A DNA stretch of 64,000 bases from an uncultured Collinsella sp. (GTDB taxonomy: Bacteria; Actinomycetota; Coriobacteriia; Coriobacteriales; Coriobacteriaceae): NCBI GenBank assembly GCA_937942395.1, contig CALDEU010000060.1, forward strand, positions 34,699 through 98,698. Direction: 5' to 3'. Below, piece after piece: positions 36,436-46,235 of the stretch; the first letter of the stretch is position 1; every line of letters starts with the position of its first letter. The notes below the pieces were generated by a model. The model had not been told where the DNA came from. It was given only the letters and a program-made list of their open reading frames with translations, and ran no database searches. A program made the translations under genes and the position numbers.

Positions 36436-36444
36436 GGATTCCCC

Positions 36445-37122
36445 CTAGAGCAACTCGTCATCTTGTTTTTGCAGGATATACCCGTAGCGGAAGATACTGG
36501 CAATCAGGCAAATAATCAGGCCTGCAAAGAGCATGGAGGGCTCGAATAATTGGCCGACGAACGCATCCGTAAAGCTGCCGCCAAATCCTGAGAGTATCAA
36601 TCCCGTGATTACGGCACCAAGAAGCCTCACGGCAACGCCGCCGATAAGGAATAAATGTCCTACTCGACGAAGCGTCTGGTTGCATTCAAGGTCAAAGGGT
36701 CTGCCTTCCTTTTCAATGTTGAAGAAAAGCCTGCGCACGCTTATCGCGATGGTAAGCGCGAGACATGTCATCAAGAGGCTTCCTATGGCAGTGTGACCAT
36801 CGTGTGCGACGAGCATAAGTGGGGCCTGCGCATCGGTACCGACAATAGCCAGGCACGGCCCTTCGCCGGCTTGAAGTTCTACGGATTGGAGGCACGACCC
36901 TTGGGAGAGGCCGGGCAATATAAGTAGAAGGTCAATCGCAATGACTGCGAGGAGTCCCAGAGCGAGCGCTGTGGTAATGCAGATTGTGGCCCATTTGCAG
37001 ATGCGAGCGAGCTTCCTCAGTTTGGCTATCGTCTGTTCGCGGCTGATGGTTTCATTCGATATAGATGCGTTTCGGTGGACCATAACCCCTCCAATCGGCG
37101 TTTTGGATGATACTTGTATCAT
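36445..37122 (-). CDS. DUF2975-like membrane protein, the usual partner of YozG-type XRE regulators.
   Basis: Polytopic membrane protein immediately upstream of, and co-oriented with, the XRE gene. Confidence 0.65.
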   Translation of the reverse strand: MIQVSSKTPIGGVMVHRNASISNETISREQTIAKLRKLARICKWATICITTALALGLLAVIAIDLLLILPGLSQGSCLQSVELQAGEGPCLAIVGTDAQAPLMLVAHDGHTAIGSLLMTCLALTIAISVRRLFFNIEKEGRPFDLECNQTLRRVGHLFLIGGVAVRLLGAVITGLILSGFGGSFTDAFVGQLFEPSMLFAGLIICLIASIFRYGYILQKQDDELL

Positions 37123-37332
37123 ATCAAAATTAACGATAAACGATAAATAATTACTAATAATGAGTAAGTAATGATTGAAAACGATTAGCGTGAGCTATTA
37201 GCTCATTTTGGATGCCGGAGTTTGGCGTTCGGGGGATGAGGACAAATGCCAAAAACTTCCCGTGATCGCGCAAGCGTTCCATCGCGCTTCCCTAATTCAT
37301 CTGGGAAAACAACTGCAAACGATTGCAAGTAA

Positions 37333-37363
37333 CCGGTGAACGGTCGAAAACTACCGTTCACCG
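37333..37363. promoter_or_regulatory. 30-bp palindrome CGGTGAACGGT-CGAAAACT-ACCGTTCACCG in the aga-PTS upstream region. Contains the recurrent AACGGTCGA motif.
   Basis: Perfect 11-bp arms, seen directly. Confidence 0.5.
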
Positions 37364-37373
37364 ATAATCTCAA

Positions 37374-37687
37374 AACTGGTTCTAACTGGTATTAAGCCAA
37401 AAAGACCAATTCACAAATCTTCACAATGACCTGCAATTTTTCTTTACGCTATTTTTAGCCGCCCTGCGTTGTATTGACACGAAAAGAGTTCCGATTTTTT
37501 GCCAAAGCGTTTCGAAACGGTTTCAAAACCGCAGGTAAAAGTGTTAACGAGCGGTAAACGGTCGATTTATCACCGTGAGCGGTGCAAAAACGTTTTACCG
37601 TATGAATCAACGAAAGCGACCTCTTCTGGGGTGATATAGTGACAACAACACGTCACGTGGTTACTACCAGTTTAGAAACCACTGGTC
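37374..37687. promoter_or_regulatory. Two dre/NagR-box-like GntR/HutC operator candidates: AACTGGTTCTAACTGGTATT (37374-37393) and ACCAGT-TTAGAAACC-ACTGGT (37666-37687).
   Basis: ACTGGT/ACCAGT inverted half-sites resemble DasR/NagR-type operators. Located upstream of the PTS IIA gene. Confidence 0.4.
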
Positions 37688-37786
37688 TTCAAAGAACGCT
37701 TTCTAAGAAGCTTTAAGGGCGAGCGCCCGCTGGCTTCCGAAAATCATCGGACTCAGATCGTACACACCTTCGGAAGGGAAATTTGA

Positions 37787-38230
37787 ATGGTTGGCTTTAT
37801 TCTTACCGGTCATGGACAGTTCGCACCCGGCCTTGCAAGCGCTATCGCTATGGTTGCCGGCGACCAGCCTGCTTTTACCGTCGTTCCTTTTGAGGGCGAC
37901 CAGGCTGCATCCTACGGTGAGGATCTCCGCGCCGCTATTACCGCCATGCGCGAGGAGTGCGATGGCGTGCTCGTCTTTACCGACCTGCTTGGTGGCACCC
38001 CGTTTAACCAGTCGATGATGATTGCCCAGGATGTCGACAACGTCGAGGTTCTGACTGGCACCAACCTTCCCATGGTTATTGAGCTTCTGTTCCTCCGCGG
38101 CAATGCTACGCTCGCCGAGCTTGGCGAGCAGGCGGTGACCGTTGGCCAGACGGGCATCACCGCCCAGACGGTCGCTTCTGTTGCTGGTGCCGAGGAAGAG
38201 GATATCTTCGGCGACGAGGACGGCATCTAA
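37787..38230 (+). CDS. agaF: PTS mannose/sorbose-family EIIA component.
   Basis: MVGFILTGHGQFA N-terminus with the phosphorylatable His region. 147 aa. Confidence 0.85.
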   Translation: MVGFILTGHGQFAPGLASAIAMVAGDQPAFTVVPFEGDQAASYGEDLRAAITAMREECDGVLVFTDLLGGTPFNQSMMIAQDVDNVEVLTGTNLPMVIELLFLRGNATLAELGEQAVTVGQTGITAQTVASVAGAEEEDIFGDEDGI

Positions 38231-38511
38231 TGGCCGATTTCGGAGCCAACGTCCTGAGCTCCTCGGTCGCCCTTTTAGGCCTGCTTGTCATCATGGGCTT
38301 GATTTACACCATCTGGTCGCAAATCAACATGAAGAAGAAGCAGAAGTACTTCAAGGAGCTGCACACCGAGCTCAAGCCGGGTCAGGAGGTTCTTTTCGCC
38401 GGCGGTATCTACGGAACCGTAAAAGGCATCGAAGGCGAAAAGGTCCAGATTAAAGTCCGATCCGGAGCCGTCGTAGATGTTTCGCGTTACGCGATTCAGG
38501 AGATCAAGTAA
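38230..38511 (+). CDS. YajC-like small membrane protein, as commonly embedded in Man-family PTS operons.
   Basis: One TM plus a KKKQKYFKELHTELKPGQEV...G.YG.V motif typical of YajC. Confidence 0.7.
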   Translation: MADFGANVLSSSVALLGLLVIMGLIYTIWSQINMKKKQKYFKELHTELKPGQEVLFAGGIYGTVKGIEGEKVQIKVRSGAVVDVSRYAIQEIK

Positions 38512-38547
38512 CTGTCGTCAGCAAATAACGAAAGGAAGCTGATCAAC

Positions 38548-39030
38548 ATGGCAGAACCCAACATTCTTCTTACCCGCATCGATAACCGACTGGTTCATGG
38601 TCAGGTTGCCACCCAGTGGAACTCCACTCTGGGCTCCAACCTCATCCTCGTCGCCAACGACGACGTGGCGACCAACACCATGCGCCAGAACCTCATGAAG
38701 ATGGCCGCTCCCGCCGGCGTCGCTACGCGTTTCTTCTCCCTGCAGAAGACCATCGACGTCATTGGCAAGGCGAGCCCGCGCCAAAAGATCTTCATCGTGG
38801 CCGAAACACCGGAAGACGTGCTTACGCTCGTCAAGGGCGGTGTGCCTATAAAGAAGGTAAACATCGGCAACATGCACATGTCGGAAGGAAAGCGCCAAGT
38901 CGCCACCTCCGTCGCAGTTAACGACGAGGATGTCGCTGCGTTTAAAGAGCTGCAGGAATTGGGGGTGGAGTTGGAGATCAGGCGCGTTCCGAGCACGCCT
39001 GTTGAGGACACGAGCAAGCTCTTCTCGTAA
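38548..39030 (+). CDS. agaV: PTS mannose-family EIIB component.
   Basis: ILLTRIDNRLVHGQV motif with the phospho-His. Confidence 0.9.
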   Translation: MAEPNILLTRIDNRLVHGQVATQWNSTLGSNLILVANDDVATNTMRQNLMKMAAPAGVATRFFSLQKTIDVIGKASPRQKIFIVAETPEDVLTLVKGGVPIKKVNIGNMHMSEGKRQVATSVAVNDEDVAAFKELQELGVELEIRRVPSTPVEDTSKLFS

Positions 39031-39120
39031 TCCTCATGATCCACGTTGTCAGGAATGAAACCCTGACATTCTGTACGTGAAATCCAAAGTGCGTACATAC
39101 ATTTTGAAAGGAGGAGCAAG

Positions 39121-39921
39121 ATGGAATACTCGATCATCCAGATCGCTCTGGTCTTCGTCGTCACGTTCGTCGCGGCAATCGACCAGTTTGACTTCCTCGA
39201 GTCTCTCTATCAGCCCATCGTCACCGGCGCCGTCATCGGTCTTATCCTTGGCGACCTCAACACCGGTCTTCTCGTGGGTGGTACCTATCAGCTCATGACG
39301 ATCGGCAACATGCCGATCGGAGGCGCTCAGCCGCCTAACGCCGTCATTGGCGGCATCATGGCAGCCATTCTCGCTATCGCCACGGGCCTCGAGCCCAACG
39401 CGGCAGTTGGCCTCGCTATTCCGTTCGCTCTGCTTGGTCAGCTCGGCGTTACCCTGGTCTTCACGCTTATGTCCCCGCTTATGTCCACGGCCGATAACAT
39501 GGCTCATAACGCGGACACCAAGGGCATCGAGCGCCTGAACTACTTCGCCATGGCCCTGCTCGGCCTGATCTTCGCTGTCGTCGTCACCCTGTTCTTCATC
39601 GCTGGCGCTACCATTGGTCAGACCATCGCTTCCGCCATCCCGACTTGGCTGCAGACCGGTCTGTCCGCTGCAGGCGGCATGATGCGCTTCGTCGGCTTCG
39701 CCGTCCTGCTCAAGGTTATGATGAACCGCGATATGTGGGGCTTCTTCCTCATGGGCTTTGGCCTCGCGCTCATCACCGTTGCCAACGATTCTCTGGCAAC
39801 CCCTGCTCTGCTCATCCTCGCTCTCATCGGTTTCGGCATCGCTTTCTGGGACTTCCAGCAGCAGACCGAGCTGAAGGGTGCAGCTGTTTCTGACGGAGGT
39901 GACTTCGAAGATGGCATCTAA
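39121..39921 (+). CDS. agaW: PTS mannose-family EIIC component.
   Basis: Polytopic; ManY/AgaW-like. Confidence 0.9.
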   Translation: MEYSIIQIALVFVVTFVAAIDQFDFLESLYQPIVTGAVIGLILGDLNTGLLVGGTYQLMTIGNMPIGGAQPPNAVIGGIMAAILAIATGLEPNAAVGLAIPFALLGQLGVTLVFTLMSPLMSTADNMAHNADTKGIERLNYFAMALLGLIFAVVVTLFFIAGATIGQTIASAIPTWLQTGLSAAGGMMRFVGFAVLLKVMMNRDMWGFFLMGFGLALITVANDSLATPALLILALIGFGIAFWDFQQQTELKGAAVSDGGDFEDGI

Positions 39922-40993
39922 TGAGTATGTGATCCCGGAGCACTACGAGGATCTCACTCCTGCTCCGCAGCTCGACCAGAAGACCCTCAACAAGATGGCT
40001 TGGCGCTCCTGCTTCCTGCAGGCATCGTTCAACTACGAGCGCATGCAGGCCGCTGGCTGGCTCTACTCCATCATCCCCGGTCTGGAGAAGATCCACACCA
40101 ACAAGAACGACCTCGCGGCTTCCATGAGCCACAACCTGGAGTTCTTCAACACCCACCCGTTCCTCGTCACCTTTGTTATGGGCATCGTGCTTTCGCTCGA
40201 GCAAAACAAGGTTGACATCCCCACGATCCGCGCCGTCCGCGTCGCCGCAATGGGCCCGCTCGGTGGTATCGGTGACGCCCTGTTCTGGCTGACGCTCGTG
40301 CCTATCACGGCCGGCATCACCTCCAACATGGCCATCAACGGCAACGCCGCTGCACCGATCATCTTCCTGGTGATCTTCAACGCCGTCCAGTTCGCTCTGC
40401 GCTTCTGGCTCATGAACTGGTCCTACAAGCTTGGCACCAGCGCCATTGACGCTCTGACCGCCAACATGCAGGCCTTCACGCGTGCCGCTTCCATCATGGG
40501 CGTCTTCGTCGTCGGTTGCCTGGTCGTCACCATGGGTGGCACCCAGATCAACCTCCAAATCCCCAACGGCACCACCCGTGGCCTTGCCCCTACTACCGTG
40601 ATTGTCTCCGAGAAGGAGGCCGAGAACTTCACCGGTATGGAGGGCATCGATACCGAGACCGCTGAGGCCGGTACCATCGCCATGACCGATGAGGACGGCA
40701 ACGCCCTCACCGCCACCGATGCCGACGGCAACGAGGTCAAGTGCGGCGTCGCCGATCTGGGCAACGGCATGGAGTCCGTGACCTACGCTACCGTCACCGA
40801 GGATCCGGTCAACTTCTCTGTTGCCGACACCCTCAACACCATCGTCCCGAAGCTCGTCCCGCTTATGCTTACGCTGCTGCTTTACTACATGTTCGCTAAG
40901 CACAGCTGGACCCCGACCAAGGGCATTCTCCTGCTCTTCGTCCTTGGCATCCTGGGCGCTGGCCCGCTTGGTCTCTGGCCGAGCATCTGGTAA
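39911..40993 (+). CDS. agaE: PTS mannose-family EIID component carrying a ~80-aa acidic insertion in an extracytoplasmic loop.
   Basis: ManZ/AgaE-like N- and C-terminal segments. The insertion is rich in T/D/E/G (IDTETAEAGTIAMTDEDGNALTATDADGNE). Confidence 0.9.
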   Translation: MASNEYVIPEHYEDLTPAPQLDQKTLNKMAWRSCFLQASFNYERMQAAGWLYSIIPGLEKIHTNKNDLAASMSHNLEFFNTHPFLVTFVMGIVLSLEQNKVDIPTIRAVRVAAMGPLGGIGDALFWLTLVPITAGITSNMAINGNAAAPIIFLVIFNAVQFALRFWLMNWSYKLGTSAIDALTANMQAFTRAASIMGVFVVGCLVVTMGGTQINLQIPNGTTRGLAPTTVIVSEKEAENFTGMEGIDTETAEAGTIAMTDEDGNALTATDADGNEVKCGVADLGNGMESVTYATVTEDPVNFSVADTLNTIVPKLVPLMLTLLLYYMFAKHSWTPTKGILLLFVLGILGAGPLGLWPSIW

Positions 40994-41177
40994 GGCTCTA
41001 GCTTGAGGGGTGTGTCCCTACGCGGCTCACACCCCGACCCCTTAAGCCATGTGTATGTTAAAAGCCGCGTGCTCGAAAGAGCGCGCGGCTTTTGTTTTCT
41101 TGATGATTTGGGTGTTGCAGGCCGATAATGCTTAGCACCCTAGGTAGTAGCCGAGTTTGAGAAAATGGGAGGATAGG

Positions 41178-41909
41178 ATGGCGATCGGAGCGCGTAAGCA
41201 ACCGCTATACGATCAGCTGGTCGATATTCTGACCGAAAAGATTGACCATGAATATCGCGCCGGTGACATGATTCCTTCCGAGCGCGAACTATCGGAGCGC
41301 TATGGTCTCTCGCGCACTACGGTACGCCTGGCTCTGCAGGAACTGGAGCGTTTAGGACTGGTGGTTCGGCAGCACGGTCGCGGTACCTTTGTGACCGACC
41401 GTTCGGCAAAGGCAACCAATCTTATGCAGTCCTACAGCTTTACCGAGCAGATGCGCGCAATGGGCCGCGACCCCGAGACCACGATTCTCGAGTTTTGCGA
41501 GATGGAGGCCGATAAGAATCTGGCCGAGCATATGGGATTGCGTATCGGTGATCGCATTTTTAAGCTCAAGCGCCTTCGTTCTGCCGATAACATGCCCATG
41601 ATGGTCGAACGCAGCTATCTACCGGTTCGTCAATTTCTGTCCCTAAAGCGACCGCTGCTGGAGTGTAAGCCGCTTTACGATGTGATTGAGCAAGACTTTC
41701 AGCAAAAGATACGCGTGGCCGAAGAGGAGTTCTATGCGAGCATAGCCCGTCCCACCGACGCCCACCTTTTGGGAATTGTCGAGGGTTCGCCGGTGCTCGA
41801 TTTGGTCAGGACTACGTATAGCGAGTCAAACGAGGTTGTGGAGTATACGCTCTCGGTTGCTCGTGCCGATCAGTTTAAATACAAGGTTTACCACCAGCGT
41901 AGCAACTAG
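41178..41909 (+). CDS. GntR/HutC-family regulator (NagR/DasR/AgaR-like).
   Basis: HTH (SERELSERYGLSRTTVRLAL) plus UTRA domain. GGGAGGA RBS. Confidence 0.85.
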   Translation: MAIGARKQPLYDQLVDILTEKIDHEYRAGDMIPSERELSERYGLSRTTVRLALQELERLGLVVRQHGRGTFVTDRSAKATNLMQSYSFTEQMRAMGRDPETTILEFCEMEADKNLAEHMGLRIGDRIFKLKRLRSADNMPMMVERSYLPVRQFLSLKRPLLECKPLYDVIEQDFQQKIRVAEEEFYASIARPTDAHLLGIVEGSPVLDLVRTTYSESNEVVEYTLSVARADQFKYKVYHQRSN

Positions 41910-42023
41910 TGTTCGCGTCTTTTCCATATGGTGATTCTTTGCATTTAACTGGTTACTACCAGATAACCAACCGAAGTGTATAATTGCACGTCAGAGGATT
42001 ACTTCTAGAGAGAGGTATTAGAA

Positions 42024-43190
42024 ATGTTCGAGAAGAGTGTCGAGGAGCTCACCGAGCTCGGCGCCCAGATCACCACGGCCGAGATTGCCCAGCAGCCCGA
42101 GCTTTGGCGTGATACGCTCAACATCTATCGCGAGAACAAGGAGGCCATCGAGGCCTTCCTGGCCGAGGCTCGCGCTATGGGCGAGGGCCGTCTGTCCGTT
42201 GTCTTCACCGGTGCCGGTACGTCCGACTACGTTGGCGATACCTGCGCTCCGTACCTGCGTCACGCCGGCAACACTGATCTTTACGACTTTAAGCCCATCG
42301 CCACGACCGACATCGTGAGCGCCCCGCGCGACTTCCTGCGCGCCGAGGATCCCACGCTCGTGGTTTCCTTTGCCCGCTCTGGCAACAGCCCCGAGAGCCT
42401 TGCCGCCGTCGCCGTTGCTAAGGAGCTCGTCCACAACGTCAAGTTCCTCAACATCACCTGCGCTCCCGAGGGCAAGCTCGCCGTCGAGTCTGCCGATGAT
42501 CCCAACGCGCTGACGCTGCTCATTCCGCGCGCCAACGACAAGGGCTTCGCCATGACTGGTTCTTATTCCTGCATGACCCTGCTCTCCACCCTTATTTTCG
42601 ACACTGCCTCTGACGAGCAGAAGGCCGAGTGGGTCGAGACCATCGCCAAGATGGGCGAGGAGGTTATCGCTCGTGAGCCTGAGATCGCCGATTACCTCGC
42701 TGGCGACTTCAACCGCGTGACCTACTTGGGTTCTGGCTCCTTCGGTGGCCTTGCCCAGGAGAGCCAGCTCAAGATCCTCGAGCTTGCTCACGGTCTGGTC
42801 GCTACTTCCTACGACACCTCCATGGGCTATCGTCACGGACCCAAGTCCTTCGTCGACGACAAGACCCTCGTGTTCGTGTTCGTCAACAATGACGCCTACA
42901 CCCGTCAGTACGATATCGACATCCTCAACGAGATCGGAGGCGACGATATCGCTCAGCACACCGTCGCTGTTCAGCAGGAAGGTTCCACCGTCTATGAGGG
43001 TGAGTCCTTCACCTTTAAGGGCTACGAGGCACTTCCCGAGGGTTACCTTGCTCTGCCGTTCGTGATGTTTGCCCAGGCTATCAGCTTGCTCAACTCCGTG
43101 CGCGTGGGCAACACGCCCGATACGCCGAGCCCCACCGGCACGGTCAACCGCGTGGTTAAGGGCGTGACGATTCACCCCTTCACCGCTTAA
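42024..43190 (+). CDS. agaS: Tandem-SIS-domain sugar-6-phosphate isomerase/deaminase (AgaS-like).
   Basis: 388 aa; two SIS domains (VFTGAGTSDYVGD ... YLGSGSFGGLAQESQLK). Confidence 0.85.
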   Translation: MFEKSVEELTELGAQITTAEIAQQPELWRDTLNIYRENKEAIEAFLAEARAMGEGRLSVVFTGAGTSDYVGDTCAPYLRHAGNTDLYDFKPIATTDIVSAPRDFLRAEDPTLVVSFARSGNSPESLAAVAVAKELVHNVKFLNITCAPEGKLAVESADDPNALTLLIPRANDKGFAMTGSYSCMTLLSTLIFDTASDEQKAEWVETIAKMGEEVIAREPEIADYLAGDFNRVTYLGSGSFGGLAQESQLKILELAHGLVATSYDTSMGYRHGPKSFVDDKTLVFVFVNNDAYTRQYDIDILNEIGGDDIAQHTVAVQQEGSTVYEGESFTFKGYEALPEGYLALPFVMFAQAISLLNSVRVGNTPDTPSPTGTVNRVVKGVTIHPFTA

Positions 43191-43307
43191 TCGCGTCCCC
43201 CTGTAAGGGCGCCCGTCCGCTCATAACGGCGGGCGGGCGCTTTTTGTTTAACGTGAGCTGGGTATAAGCATCACCACAGTCAACTGCTTTAGAAGCGAGG
43301 AGTGCAT

Positions 43308-44477
43308 ATGAGCACGTACGCAATTAAGGCTGACAAGTTCTTCTTGCCGGCAGGCCCGCAACTGGGCGGCTATATTATGGTCGAGGATGGCGTCTTTGGC
43401 GCCTGGCAGGCCGACGAGCCCTCTTGCGAGATTAAGGACTACACGGGATCGTGGATCGCACCGGGTATGGTCGATACTCACATCCATGGCTTCTACAACC
43501 ACTCAACTACCGATAACGATCCCGAGGGCATCGATATCAGCTCAACCGAGCTCGCCCGTCGCGGTACCACCAGCTGGCTGCCCACGACGTTCACCGATGG
43601 CGTCGAGCAGATCAAGGACGCCTGCGCCGCTATCGCCAAGGCGGACGAGGGCCGCGGCCCCGACTTCTGCGGTGCTCGCATTCAGGGCATCTACCTGGAG
43701 GGCCCCTTCTTTACCATGAAGCACGTGGGCGCGCAGAACCCCGCTTATCTTATCGATCCCTCCGAGGAGGTCTTCGATCAGTGGCAGGAGGCTGCGGGTG
43801 GTCGCATCGTTAAGAGCGCCATGGCGGCCGAGCGCGACGGAGCTGCCGCCTATGCTGCCGCCCTCAATGCGAAGGGCGTGGTGACCAGCATCGGTCACTC
43901 CGACGCCACCTATGATGAGTGCATCGCCGCCATCAACGCCGGTGCCAGCTGCTTTACGCATACCTATAACGGCCAGCGCGGACTGCATCACCGCGAGCCC
44001 GGTGTCGTGGGTGCTGCCATGTCCACGCCCGAGACCTACGCCGAGATCATCTGTGACGGCAAGCACGTAAACCCTGCCGCCATCAAGGCGCTGCTGCAGG
44101 CAAAGGGCTGGCAGCACACGGTGCTCATCACCGACTGCCTGGGTTGCGGTGGCATGCCCGAGGGCAGCTACACCAGTGGTGGTATGGACGTCATCATGAA
44201 GGACAACCTGTGCTGGCTCGCCGACGGCAAGAGCATTGCCGGCTCGGTGCTCACGCTTGCCCAGGGCGTCAAGAACATCGTCGACTGGGGCATCGCCAGC
44301 GCCGATATCGCCATTCGCATGGCAACCGAGGTGCCGGCACGCTCCGCGCACATCGAGGGTAAGTGCGGCAGCATCATGCCGGGTCGCGACGCCGACTTTG
44401 TCGTGTTCGACCATGATCTCACTCTCGTCGAGACGTATGTTGGCGGCCAGAGCGTCGGCAACGCCTTTACCGAGTAA
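43308..44477 (+). CDS. nagA: N-acetylglucosamine/galactosamine-6-phosphate deacetylase.
   Basis: GMVDTHIHG metal-binding motif and amidohydrolase fold. Confidence 0.9.
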   Translation: MSTYAIKADKFFLPAGPQLGGYIMVEDGVFGAWQADEPSCEIKDYTGSWIAPGMVDTHIHGFYNHSTTDNDPEGIDISSTELARRGTTSWLPTTFTDGVEQIKDACAAIAKADEGRGPDFCGARIQGIYLEGPFFTMKHVGAQNPAYLIDPSEEVFDQWQEAAGGRIVKSAMAAERDGAAAYAAALNAKGVVTSIGHSDATYDECIAAINAGASCFTHTYNGQRGLHHREPGVVGAAMSTPETYAEIICDGKHVNPAAIKALLQAKGWQHTVLITDCLGCGGMPEGSYTSGGMDVIMKDNLCWLADGKSIAGSVLTLAQGVKNIVDWGIASADIAIRMATEVPARSAHIEGKCGSIMPGRDADFVVFDHDLTLVETYVGGQSVGNAFTE

Positions 44478-44552
44478 CGATAGAAAAAGACGGCGGGCCC
44501 GAATCTGCTCGGACCCGCCGTATGGGTTAAACGCTCAAAAGCACCTTCACAG

Positions 44553-45136
44553 TTACAGTTTGTTGGCGATCTTCTTTGCCGTGCGCTTAACGCCGGCCAC
44601 CAGACCTCCTGCAGGATGCTCCTTCTCGTATGCTAGGCGCTTCTCACGCTTGACGTACTCCTCGACGATGATATCGCCATATTCGTCTTCGATCTTGTCG
44701 AAGAAGTCGACGGCGCCCTTAATTTCCTCAGCGGTCGGGTGTCCCTTTTGGACACCGCCGGCGAGTTTGAACGGCCCCCACGTATCAAAGCCGGGGCAGC
44801 CGTAGACACCCATAAAGATGGCCTGCCTCATGCGGCAGATGCCATCGATATCCTTGCCGTACCACTTGTTTTTGCCACCGTAGGTCATAAGGCCAAACAC
44901 CTTGTCCTGCGGCTGCAGCACGTTCGTGAGCACGCGTGCCATGTCCTTGTCGATCTCGGAGTAATAGATGCCCGTGGCGACACCGATCAGATGATATTCG
45001 TGCAGGTTGGGATACTCGTTTTTACCGAGCGCCTTGACGTCGAGGGTATCGATCTCGGGGTGTGCCTCGACGATGGCGTCCACGAGCTTTTTCGTATTGC
45101 CGTGGTGGCGTGAGGCATAAAGGATGATGGTTCGCA
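44553..45136 (-). CDS. Flavodoxin-family protein.
   Basis: MRTIILYASRHHGNTKKL flavodoxin-like N-terminus. The longer upstream ORF extension is judged non-coding. Confidence 0.65.
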
Positions 45137-45294
45137 TAAGAAGGCCTTTCAGCTGTAATTGCATCAATGTCTGTATGGTACCCCGTTGCATGGCTGGGAT
45201 ACCGGACGCATCGATGAACGTGCGGGTTTGTCCTTTGGTCAGGGCCGAGACGGGTTCTTGCGAGCAAAAAAGCAGTTGTTCGAAAGGATGGGCA

Positions 45295-46176
45295 ATGGAA
45301 TACGCTCTCTCCAACGATTCGATTTCTATTAAGGTGTCCACGGCTGGTGGTTCGTTTACCTCGATTGAGGCCGGAGGTCGCGAGTACTTGTGGCAGGGCG
45401 ATCCCGCAGTGTGGTCCGGTCAGGCGCCGGTCTGCTTTCCGATTTGCGGAGGCTTGCGCGACAACAGCGCCATGACGTTTGCCGGGCATCATGTAAAGCT
45501 CGCTCGCCACGGGTTTGCGCGCAAACAGGAGTGGAAGCTGCTGAGCCAAGACGAGAACGAGCTGGCGATGTGCCTGGCTTCGGAGGATAACGCCGCGCTG
45601 CTGAGCGATTATCCGTACCCGTTTAAGCTTGTCGCTCGTTATACGCTTGAGGACGCCGCCGTGCGTGTCGCCTATGAGGTTACCAACGAGGGTACCGAGG
45701 ACATGCCGTTCTTTATCGGCGGTCATCCCGGCTTTAGGTGTCCGCTCGATGAGGGCGAGGCCTATACGGACTACGAGTTGCGCTTTGAGAAAGACGAGGC
45801 TGCGGAGCTTTGCACCGCTGTCCCTTCGACTGGCTTGATTGACGTGGCAAACCGCTCCAAGAACCCCATGGTGGGAAAGACGCTGCCTCTGTCACATGAG
45901 CTCTTCGATTTTGCGGAGACCATCTTTGACGTGCTCGAGAGCCGTCAGGTCACGCTTTCCAAAAAGGGCGAGGACAAGGGCGTCCGCCTGAGCTTTGAGG
46001 GCTTCCCATATCTCATTGTGTGGAGCAAGCCCGAGGGCGATTTTGTGGCGGTTGAGCCTTGGGGCGGTCTTTCGACCTGTTCCGATGAGGACGATGTGCT
46101 TGAGCATAAGCGCGGCTGCCTTGTCGCCAAGCCCAAGGAGACCGTCGTTCGCTCGTTCACGATTGAGATTCTGTAA
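45295..46176 (+). CDS. Aldose 1-epimerase-family protein.
   Basis: Mutarotase-like beta-sandwich motifs (HPGFRCP...). Sits in the aga locus. Confidence 0.7.
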   Translation: MEYALSNDSISIKVSTAGGSFTSIEAGGREYLWQGDPAVWSGQAPVCFPICGGLRDNSAMTFAGHHVKLARHGFARKQEWKLLSQDENELAMCLASEDNAALLSDYPYPFKLVARYTLEDAAVRVAYEVTNEGTEDMPFFIGGHPGFRCPLDEGEAYTDYELRFEKDEAAELCTAVPSTGLIDVANRSKNPMVGKTLPLSHELFDFAETIFDVLESRQVTLSKKGEDKGVRLSFEGFPYLIVWSKPEGDFVAVEPWGGLSTCSDEDDVLEHKRGCLVAKPKETVVRSFTIEIL

Positions 46177-46235
46177 TTCCGTTTTGTCGACTCGTATCGC
46201 GAGGCACAAGGAGCCTGCGAGATAAGGAGCTAAAA

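Noticed and set aside
44553-45341. 262-aa version of the flavodoxin ORF with a 68-aa N-terminal extension.
   Set aside because: The flavodoxin fold starts at MRTIILYASRHHG. The extension overlaps the divergent promoter region and start of the epimerase gene.
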